64,000 nucleotides of DNA from Parcubacteria group bacterium Gr01-1014_31 (GTDB taxonomy: Bacteria > Patescibacteriota > Patescibacteriia > Buchananbacterales > GWA2-38-13). Under the pieces are notes generated by a model. The model worked only from the letters and a program-made list of their open reading frames with translations. It did not search any database and had not been told where the DNA came from. Every line of letters starts with the position of its first letter. Positions within the stretch are counted from its first letter, which is position 1. This document shows, piece by piece, positions 56,702-64,000 of this stretch. Made by a program: the position numbers and the translations under genes. The stretch spans positions 206,554-270,553 of the forward strand of contig VMFR01000001.1 in NCBI GenBank assembly GCA_007376135.1, written 5' to 3'.

Positions 56702-57130
56702 TCAGTTGCGGCGTTCAAGGTAAAGGTTGGTAAGCGCCTTGGCCGCAACGCCGCCGACCAGCGCGGCGATGATGACCGGGTCGATGTGCACCGCGCCGCG
56801 CGCGATGCCGGCGGCGACCTGGTAGCCAATCCCGGCCGCCAAGATCGCGACCATCGCCCAAACGGCGTTCCGCTCGGCAAACGCCTCATGCAGGCGCTCG
56901 CGTTCGTCGCGCGGCATACGGACCATGATATCCACGAGATCAACGGTCACCAGCGCGGCCCAAACGATAAGCAGCGCGAGGCGTGCGCTGGATACCGCGC
57001 CGGGCAGCGACTGGATGATGAACATCGGCGCGACGACCGCAGCCAAATACACCCAGCCTTGCCAGGTCTTCGGGGCCAGCCCCCAACCGCCGTACTTACG
57101 CCGTTGAAACCATGCCGGATTGCCGATCAT
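56702..57130 (-). CDS. Small polytopic membrane protein cotranscribed upstream of the XRE regulator
   Basis: 142 aa with four predicted TM helices, separated by 6 bp from the regulator. Confidence 0.45.
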   Translation of the reverse strand: MIGNPAWFQRRKYGGWGLAPKTWQGWVYLAAVVAPMFIIQSLPGAVSSARLALLIVWAALVTVDLVDIMVRMPRDERERLHEAFAERNAVWAMVAILAAGIGYQVAAGIARGAVHIDPVIIAALVGGVAAKALTNLYLERRN

Positions 57131-57231
57131 ACTGCGAAGATTAAAAATGAGTATGTAAAAAATATATTACATTCTCCGCAACTTGTCAAGTGGATAACCC
57201 TACCCCGCGATGGTACAATGCGGGAACTATC

Positions 57232-58392
57232 ATGCGCGCAAACAAAAAAACATTCCACCTCATCTACCTCCTGAACTTCCTGCTGGCGCTGGCCTGGGCG
57301 CTGCCCGCCTACATCGAATCCGCCTACCTGCAGGCAACCGCCGGTCCAAAAGCCGTCGCCCTCTTTCTGTCGGCCGCGACCCTGGTCACCGCGGTGGTGG
57401 TCTTTTTTTATCCGCGCCTGATACGCCGCGTCAGCAACTACCGAGCGATGGTGCCGGTCCTGGTCGCCAACTTCGTTCTCCTTTCCGCCCTGGCGTTCGC
57501 TACCCACGCCGGTGCGATATTCTTCATCTTCATCGCCTACTACACGACGGGGACGCTGCTCGGCATCAATATCGATGTTTTTTTGGAGGACATTTCGGAT
57601 GACGAACACACCGGCCGCATCCGCACCAACCTCCTGATGGTCGCCAACATCAGCTGGGTGCTGGCACCGCTGGTCATGGGCCTGCTCGCGGACGGCGAAC
57701 GCTACCGGCTGGTATTCATGGCCGCCGCCACCGCACTGCTGCCGGCCCTGCTGCTGCTCGCGCTGCAACGGCGTTCCATGCGCGACCGATTCGCGTACCG
57801 AAGCCGCCACTTCCACCAGCTGCTGGCCGCGGTCTGGCGCGATCCCAACCTGGTCAAAATATTCTCGCTGGCGCTGGTGCTGCGCTTTTTCTATTTCATC
57901 ATGGTGCTCTACATTCCGCTGCATCTGCACCACGCGCTCGGATTCTCCTGGGGCACGATCGGCTGGATACTGACGGTGATGCTACTCCCGTTCCTGCTGC
58001 TGCAGTTCCCGGCCGGCCGCATCGCCGACCGGTTCCTGGGCGAAAAAGAGATCATCATCACCGGCCTGCTAACCATGATCGTGTTCACCGGGCTGATCTT
58101 TTTCACACGCTCCACCAGCCCCGTGGTATGGGCAGGCATCCTTTTTATGACCCGCGTGGGCGCAGCGCTGGTAGAAGCGATGCAGGAAGTGTATTTCTTC
58201 AAGCACATCAGCCGCCAGGACGTCGACCTCATCAACCTTTTCCGCGACCTGGGGCCGGTGGGCTGGCTTGGCGCCTCGCTGTTCTCGCTGACAGTACTTT
58301 CGTTCTTCACCATCCCCTACCTGTTCCTGTTCCTGGCGGTCATCTTGATGACGGCCTTGCGGCCGGCGCTGACGCTGGTGGATACGAAATGA
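57232..58392 (+). CDS. MFS transporter (alternative GTG start at 57190)
   Basis: 12-TM pattern; an extended -10 TGgTACAAT sits at ~57211..57219. Confidence 0.75.
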   Translation: MRANKKTFHLIYLLNFLLALAWALPAYIESAYLQATAGPKAVALFLSAATLVTAVVVFFYPRLIRRVSNYRAMVPVLVANFVLLSALAFATHAGAIFFIFIAYYTTGTLLGINIDVFLEDISDDEHTGRIRTNLLMVANISWVLAPLVMGLLADGERYRLVFMAAATALLPALLLLALQRRSMRDRFAYRSRHFHQLLAAVWRDPNLVKIFSLALVLRFFYFIMVLYIPLHLHHALGFSWGTIGWILTVMLLPFLLLQFPAGRIADRFLGEKEIIITGLLTMIVFTGLIFFTRSTSPVVWAGILFMTRVGAALVEAMQEVYFFKHISRQDVDLINLFRDLGPVGWLGASLFSLTVLSFFTIPYLFLFLAVILMTALRPALTLVDTK

Positions 58393-58691
58393 AACGGTAG
58401 AAATGAATTTCTACCGTTTCATCCCGAGCAGAGTCGAGGGATCTAATGGCGCCTTTTATAAACAGGCGCTAATTTTTTATGCTATCTTTCCGGTACCTTT
58501 CTAAGAAAGGTACCACCAACCTGCCGGCAGGCAGGAGTCGCGCCCGGATGTCATTCCCGAGCCTCGGAGGGAATCCAGTAAATCGGTAAAACGGCCTCGG
58601 GTTACTGGATCCCGGGTCTAGGCCCGGGATGACGCTTCGTGTCACTTTCCTACCAATGGGCACAATCGAATGCTAAGCAGGTGTTAATTTG

Positions 58692-59396
58692 CTATTTGCA
58701 AGTTAGCTGTTTTTGTCTATTCGCGACAAGTGGCAGAACAAGATCATCAATTGCTTGCTGGTCTTTGGTGGTTAAACTCGACAATTTTTCGTCACCGGCG
58801 ATATAACTATAATAAATCTCATCGCCATAATAACGTCCCGTAGCCAGGTCACAATATCTTAACAGGAAGACGAGAGCCATTTTCACTTTTTCGGTGGGAA
58901 GATCATAGCCAAGCACTTCCCCCGTTATCGGATTCTGCAACGGGGCAGCCCCTAGTTCCAACAATTTCTCATGAGCAGTGGTTGAAAAAAAGGAATACGG
59001 CAGTTCGGTGTCGGGATAGATAGTATTTCTCATCCTTTCGTCAACGAATATTGGGAACACTTTTTTATCAAAAATCTCGACTCCGTATAAATCAAATTCG
59101 ATTTTATTAGCAGCGGTCTGCCCGAAATTCTTCAGGTTAAAATTATATATAAATTTGATTTCGTTGCCCCTCCTTTCAGGTTTAACTCTGGAACCAGTGA
59201 CACCTATAAATGGCCTAAGCCGCGGCAGACTCTCACCATAAACTTTTTCCGACAGTTCGTTGGCTTTCCTTGAAAAAAAATTTGCTGCACCGGAGTTACG
59301 TAGCGAGAAAGAAGACAAAACTAAAGAAACGACTGAGACAGTTATCGCAATCCAATCTCTCGGCTTATTTATTTGTCGTGTTCCGCCGCTCCCCAT
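58692..59396 (-). CDS. Hypothetical N-terminally anchored protein (234 aa) in an AT-rich patch
   Basis: ORF track. Locally low GC (aaattatatataaatttgatttcg), flanked on the 58480..58640 side by MITE-like hairpins. Confidence 0.45.
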   Translation of the reverse strand: MGSGGTRQINKPRDWIAITVSVVSLVLSSFSLRNSGAANFFSRKANELSEKVYGESLPRLRPFIGVTGSRVKPERRGNEIKFIYNFNLKNFGQTAANKIEFDLYGVEIFDKKVFPIFVDERMRNTIYPDTELPYSFFSTTAHEKLLELGAAPLQNPITGEVLGYDLPTEKVKMALVFLLRYCDLATGRYYGDEIYYSYIAGDEKLSSLTTKDQQAIDDLVLPLVANRQKQLTCK

Positions 59397-59407
59397 GGGA
59401 GATTACC

Positions 59408-61063
59408 CTATTCCACGATGGTTCCCCCGAAATTCTCCAACAGCGGCTGCAAAGCGTCGTCGGCGGCCTTGAACCCCGGACCGCGGTCGGCGGGCACGAC
59501 CACCACTTCCAGGCGGACGGGCTTGCCAACGACTGCGGCGAGCGCCTGCTCAAGAATTTGACGATTCTTTGGCTCACGCACCCGTTCCAGATGGAAATCA
59601 TACGCCACCCCGACCCGCACCAGGTCCCCGGAAACCTGCACCAAACGCGTCCCCCGCAAGAGCGAAAACAGGCTGTAGTTCTGCGTTTTCACATTCGCGA
59701 CGATGGTCGGCCACTGGCTCTGCAGGGATTCCAGCGTCGCCACCGGCGGGTCTTTCGGGGACTCGCGGTGTGGGATGCCTGACGGCGCGGCTTCCCCGGC
59801 TACGGGTTTGACCGCCGCCTTGGCGGCGGGTGCCTTTGCCGCTTTGCCCTTGGCCGCTTTCTTGGGTTCATCAGACGGAGGACGGAGCGTCGTCGCGCCC
59901 CCCGCCGCCGTTGCGGGCGCATCCGCCCTTGCCGTTGGCGCAGGGGTCGCGGCATCGGCCGCAGGAATACCGCCCATGCACAGCTCCACCACGGCCAGCT
60001 CGAGCGGCAGCTGCGGAATAGTGGCAAACCGCAGCTCGTTGGCGCGCGAAACCCAGACCGACAGCATGGTCACCAGCGCCGCGGCGCTGGGACGAGCGAC
60101 CAGCTCGCTCAAAACCTGCTCCTGGGCAGCCGTCAGACTGACCCCAAGTTCGGATGCCCGCACCCCGCTCTTCAAAAGGAGCAGGCGACGCAACCAGTCG
60201 GTCACCTCGTTGGCAAAATGCCCCATGTCGACGCCGTCGGCCGCCAGCTTGCCAATCAGCTCCAGGGACTGCGCAGCCTGCTTACCCACCAGCGCGTTCA
60301 GAAAGGCAACGACCGAAGAGGCGTCCGTATAGGGAATGACCAGCCGCGCCTGGTCCAAGGTGATGGGATCATCGCCGAGCGCCAGCACTTGCTCCAGCAC
60401 GCTTTCCGCATCACGCACGGAGCCGTCGGCATTCGCGACGATCGCGGCAATGGCTTCCTCGCCGACGGTTCGTCCTTCGCGGGCGACCAGTTGGACGAGC
60501 CGCTCGGCCATGTCCGGAACTGAAACCTTTTTAAAATCAAAACGCTGGCAGCGGCTGACAATGGTCGGCGGGAGCTTGGCGACCTCCGTGGTGGCAAGAA
60601 CGAACAGCACATTGGCCGGCGGCTCCTCCAAGGTCTTGAGGAGCGCGTTGAACGCCGCCAGCGACAGCATGTGCACCTCGTCGATGATGAACACCTTCCA
60701 GCGCAGGCTGGTCGGCGCCACGCGCGTATTGCCGATGATGTGCTCGCGCACGTGATCCACGCCGGTGTGCGACGCCGCATCGATCTCCAGCACGTCCAGG
60801 GCATTCCCTGCCGTGATGCTCGTGCAGGCCACGCAGTCGTTACACGGCTCCGCCGACCCGGACTTGCGCCGCAGACAATTCACGGCTTTCGCCAGTACGC
60901 GCGACGTGGTGGTCTTACCGGTACCCCGCGGACCCGCGAACAGATACGCGTGGGCGACGCGGTCGGTTTCCAGCTGGTGCTTGATCGTCGTGAGCACGTG
61001 CCGCTGGCCGGTGATGTCGGAAAATTTTTGCGGTCGGTGCTTGCGGTACAGCGAAGTAGTCAT
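59408..61063 (-). CDS. dnaX: DNA polymerase III subunit gamma/tau
   Basis: Walker A AGPRGTGKTT, Zn-module CxxC (CNDCVAC), DEVHML box, and an Ala/Pro-rich linker. Confidence 0.9.
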   Translation of the reverse strand: MTTSLYRKHRPQKFSDITGQRHVLTTIKHQLETDRVAHAYLFAGPRGTGKTTTSRVLAKAVNCLRRKSGSAEPCNDCVACTSITAGNALDVLEIDAASHTGVDHVREHIIGNTRVAPTSLRWKVFIIDEVHMLSLAAFNALLKTLEEPPANVLFVLATTEVAKLPPTIVSRCQRFDFKKVSVPDMAERLVQLVAREGRTVGEEAIAAIVANADGSVRDAESVLEQVLALGDDPITLDQARLVIPYTDASSVVAFLNALVGKQAAQSLELIGKLAADGVDMGHFANEVTDWLRRLLLLKSGVRASELGVSLTAAQEQVLSELVARPSAAALVTMLSVWVSRANELRFATIPQLPLELAVVELCMGGIPAADAATPAPTARADAPATAAGGATTLRPPSDEPKKAAKGKAAKAPAAKAAVKPVAGEAAPSGIPHRESPKDPPVATLESLQSQWPTIVANVKTQNYSLFSLLRGTRLVQVSGDLVRVGVAYDFHLERVREPKNRQILEQALAAVVGKPVRLEVVVVPADRGPGFKAADDALQPLLENFGGTIVE

Positions 61064-61387
61064 GAACGTGGGAGGTTGTTTGAAGCAGGGGTATTGTACA
61101 CCGCGGTAGCACGCTGCGCAATCCGACGTTGGCGCCGGATTTTTCGCTTTATTGAATAAAAAAGGGGCCGGTACGAGGAAGCATACCGAGCCCCAGAGAG
61201 GAGAGGAAGAGAGTGTTTTTGGGCCGCGTGGCCGTAATGAGCAGGGTGAAGGAAGGAAAAGAGAGTAGTCCTATCTCTACCCGTGGCGGGTACAAGCAAG
61301 GCTACTCTCTTCTTCTCCTCCGTAGAAAAGAACCGACTGAAAGATGAAGTATAGCAGAACTGCTGCCGTTGTCAAGCGGGGTGGCGC

Positions 61388-61714
61388 CTACGGCGTCATA
61401 CGCTCCGGGTCCGCGGCTTCGGGATCGGGCGGCAGCAGCCACCCGCCGCGCGCCGGCGCACAGGCGTTGTAGATGGTCTCCATCTGGCGCGACATCCGCT
61501 CCTCCATGGCTCGCAGGTCGTCCTGCAGGGTGCGATAATTCCGCTCGGCCACGCGCGGGAATTCGGTCATCATATAGCGGAGCGTGATCTTCTGCGCGAC
61601 GATGATGCTGCCCAATGTGAACAGCAAAAACATTATGATGGCCATGAAAAAAGCCACATCGCCGTGGATGTTGACGCGGCGCGGGGGAACTTTGGGCGCG
61701 GTCTTCCTGGGCAT
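61388..61714 (-). CDS. Small single-TM membrane protein (108 aa)
   Basis: Internal Met MPRKTAPKVPPRRVNIHGDVAFFMAIIMFLLFTLGSIIVA of ORF 61388..61876. It starts 11 bp after the stop of 61726..62301. Confidence 0.4.
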   Translation of the reverse strand: MPRKTAPKVPPRRVNIHGDVAFFMAIIMFLLFTLGSIIVAQKITLRYMMTEFPRVAERNYRTLQDDLRAMEERMSRQMETIYNACAPARGGWLLPPDPEAADPERMTP

Positions 61715-61725
61715 ACCCGAGGTGC

Positions 61726-62301
61726 CTAGGCGGCGATGATATTCTCCACCGCGGCCCAGTTGCTGCGGGAGCTCTTGGGAACGAGGATGACCACTTGATC
61801 GCCCGGCTTGCCGTGGAAGTACGTGACCGACGCGGTCAGCACCCGCCACCGGCGCTCGCCTTTGACCGCGTACCAATCGCCGGTCAGCTGGTCGCGCGCC
61901 AGCACGCCGATGAACTGGTCGCGCTCGATGGGCCCGATCTGCTTATAAATAAAGGAACCATTCTGGGTAATGGTCAATTTCAAGATATCGCCCTCGACGA
62001 GCTTGGATTTACTGGCGTAGTTGGGCGGCACGTTGTAGCGCTTGCCGTCCGCTCCGACCATCGCCTCCCCATTGAAGACGCCTTCGATGACGCGACCGAC
62101 GGCGCCGCTGGCAATGGCGCGGGCGGCGGAGTTGGCCTGCTGCAGGCTCTCCATCACGAGCGCAGCGTTGGCATCGCCGCTATTGAGCGACTCCAGCGCG
62201 CGCGAAATATTCTTCTGGGTGTCCTCCAGCAGTTTCTTCAGGTCTTCCGCCGACTGGCCTTCGCCGACCGGCGTCTGTTCGTGATTTTTGTTTTCCCGCA
62301 T
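61726..62301 (-). CDS. Conserved hypothetical protein (191 aa)
   Basis: ORF track; mixed alpha/beta composition and an ordinary coding look. No family assigned. Confidence 0.5.
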   Translation of the reverse strand: MRENKNHEQTPVGEGQSAEDLKKLLEDTQKNISRALESLNSGDANAALVMESLQQANSAARAIASGAVGRVIEGVFNGEAMVGADGKRYNVPPNYASKSKLVEGDILKLTITQNGSFIYKQIGPIERDQFIGVLARDQLTGDWYAVKGERRWRVLTASVTYFHGKPGDQVVILVPKSSRSNWAAVENIIAA

Positions 62302-62425
62302 ACCCCGTAGGACAACGGTCGTGCGTACTATGCCGACGCCTCGACCGATTTATTTCAACACCTTGGTGTTCGCTCATCCAGGTCGCCCCGTTGTACTACG
62401 GGGTATACCCGGGAGTTTTTCGCTT

Positions 62426-62977
62426 TTAGATTTTCTGGCCGGGTTGGTTGGTCACGCCGCCGATATCGTACCGATAGATAGCGACGCTGGTCGGGGTGGG
62501 CTTAGAAACCGCGCTGGGCTGCCAGCCCACGATCGGAAAGGCGTAGCTCACTACCCTGGCCCCGGACCGTAATTCCGCCGCGAGCTTCGGGCCAAGCTTG
62601 ACCATCGCGCGCGGCGTCAGGAACGTCGTGACCACTGCCGCGTCGGAAAGCGATCGATTGAAAAAATTGCGATAGCGGACCTTCGCACGCCGCCACTGGC
62701 CCGCACCCAGTATTCTACCCCAGGCCAAAAGGTAGGGCAAGAGCGACACCTCAAACCCGATCGCCGGGGCCCCCAAACGGGCCGCCGCGGCCAGAATGCG
62801 CCCATCCCCGCAACCCAGGTCGTACAGCAATTCCCCGCGCCCCAGGCCAGCCAGGGCCAGCATCCGCCGCACGTCGGCTTTCGGCATCGGCAGCCAGGGC
62901 GCGGCCAGCAGTCCGCCCCACGCCATCGTCCCCAAGAACACAATGATTCCCAGGGTCATCCACCACGGCAGTACCAT
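62426..62977 (-). CDS. Class I SAM-dependent methyltransferase with N-terminal TM helix
   Basis: The C-terminal 183 aa of ORF 62426..63778 begin at MVLPWWMTLGIIVFLG. Motif I is LYDLGCGDGRILAAAARLGA. The upstream portion is antisense to the CorA-like gene. Confidence 0.6.
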   Translation of the reverse strand: MVLPWWMTLGIIVFLGTMAWGGLLAAPWLPMPKADVRRMLALAGLGRGELLYDLGCGDGRILAAAARLGAPAIGFEVSLLPYLLAWGRILGAGQWRRAKVRYRNFFNRSLSDAAVVTTFLTPRAMVKLGPKLAAELRSGARVVSYAFPIVGWQPSAVSKPTPTSVAIYRYDIGGVTNQPGQKI

Positions 62978-63073
62978 ATCCCCATATCCTACCTTACGGG
63001 GACCGCGCCGGCCACCTGTGGTATACTGAAGTGAGCCGAAAACCGACACCGATCGCGGAAACAAAACGGCGCC

Positions 63074-64000
63074 ATGCGCAATGCGACAGAAATAAAATTC
63101 CCCCGCTATACCTTGGTCACCGTCAGCAATCCCGCCAGCCTTGATCTGGACGAGTTGGCGCGGCGTTGGCATTTTCATCCCCTCGACCTGCAAGAAGCCG
63201 GAACGCTCGCCAAGCGTTCGCGGCTGGAAACATACGCCGACTATGCGTGCCTGGTCACGCTTTGGCCGACCTACCGCCGCAGCACCCGCGACATCAAGCC
63301 GGTGGTGCTGACCTTCTTCATCCGCACCGACGCGCTCGTGGTGCTGCAGCGCGGCACGTTCCCGGTCTTCACCGAATCTATCCAGCGCTACGCCGCCAGC
63401 AACGAGCTGCGCACGGCGTTGGCGGAACGCTCCCCCGAACGGTTGCTCTACGAGATCCTCAACCAGCTCTACCAGTCGCTCTTCCCGATGATCGACCACC
63501 TGATCGACGACTGCGACGTCATCGAACAGGAAATTTTCGCGAGCCACGAACGGCAGATGATCTCCCATATCCTCGCCATCCGCCGCAACATCACCGACGT
63601 GCGCAAGATCCTGCAAGTGCACAAGAGCGTGCTCAAACGCCTGGCTACCTACCTGACGGAAAATCCGCGCTACGCGATGCAATCCACCGACCGTTACTTC
63701 GGCGACCTCATCGACTACGCCAAGGAAGACTGGGACACGCTGGAAAATCTGAAGGAGCGGATCGAAGCCCTGCAGCAAACCAACGAATCGCAGATCTCGT
63801 TCCGGCTGTCCGACATCATGAAGACCCTGACCATCATTTCGGTCTTCACCTTCCCCCTGACCCTGGTCGCGGCGATGTTCGCGCTGCGCCCGGGAGGCGG
63901 CATGCCGTGGGCATCCGACCCGAACGGTTTCTGGTACGTCGTCGGCGTCCAGGGCACGCTGGCGCTGGTGATGTTCTTCGTCTTCAAGCGGAAACGGTGG
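63074..64000 (+). CDS. CorA-like divalent cation transporter (3'-truncated by window edge)
   Basis: My translation MRNATEIKFPRYTLVTVSNPASLDLDELARRWHFHPLDL...IMKTLTIISVFTFPLTLVAAMF... The GMN-type motif is replaced by GGM. Confidence 0.65.
   Translation, partial: MRNATEIKFPRYTLVTVSNPASLDLDELARRWHFHPLDLQEAGTLAKRSRLETYADYACLVTLWPTYRRSTRDIKPVVLTFFIRTDALVVLQRGTFPVFTESIQRYAASNELRTALAERSPERLLYEILNQLYQSLFPMIDHLIDDCDVIEQEIFASHERQMISHILAIRRNITDVRKILQVHKSVLKRLATYLTENPRYAMQSTDRYFGDLIDYAKEDWDTLENLKERIEALQQTNESQISFRLSDIMKTLTIISVFTFPLTLVAAMFALRPGGGMPWASDPNGFWYVVGVQGTLALVMFFVFKRKRW

Noticed and set aside
62978-63778. N-terminal 267 codons of ORF 62426..63778
   Set aside because: They are antisense to the CorA-like gene on the plus strand. 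The methyltransferase motif region begins at the internal Met (62977).

Overview
This is a high-GC (~65%) bacterial chromosomal window, densely coded, with most genes on the minus strand. The gene content points to an uncultivated, small-genome lineage (Patescibacteria/CPR-like), but that is an inference and I have not tested it. Supporting traits are many single-domain response regulators, ECF sigma factors paired with DUF5667/DUF5666-type proteins, a CAP-domain protein, and many secreted proteins with Pro-Thr linkers. Housekeeping genes recognised: a partial recJ, gpmI, lepA, murJ, ackA with a PduL-type phosphotransacylase, a PfkB sugar kinase, dnaX, tRNA-Gln(CUG), a MacAB-like ABC exporter operon carrying an N-acetylmuramoyl-L-alanine amidase, an MFS transporter and a partial CorA-like gene. 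The main result is a ~21.7 kb block (about 23178..44941) bracketed by two inverted copies of a 270-370 bp hairpin-ended repeat (22805..23177 and 44942..45209). Inside it sit a SipW-type signal peptidase with a cluster of four paralogous secreted proteins that share a conserved post-signal N-terminal segment (FEAHVINVTARIENAL-like). One of those is a 1124-aa protein with a lamin-tail domain, Cna-B-like folds and Myxococcus-type cysteine-rich repeats, and two carry vWA domains. The block also holds a sortase next to a 1003-aa LPxTG surface protein, a free-standing dockerin protein, and a Ca-binding-repeat protein with a peptidoglycan-binding tail. A dockerin-tailed beta-helix protein lies just outside the left repeat. 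A low-GC four-helix-bundle gene cassette flanked by inverted heptamer arrays is inserted between the signal peptidase and the giant protein. I read this block as a candidate, apparently undescribed, surface-fibre or adhesin assembly island. Other points of interest are a family of MITE-like palindromic repeats, a decayed duplicate of a gene 3' end, a tandem two-core histidine kinase and an ECF-sigma-headed amidase/ABC operon. All coordinates hand-derived from the printed sequence may be off by 1-2 bp; ORF-track coordinates were used wherever possible.
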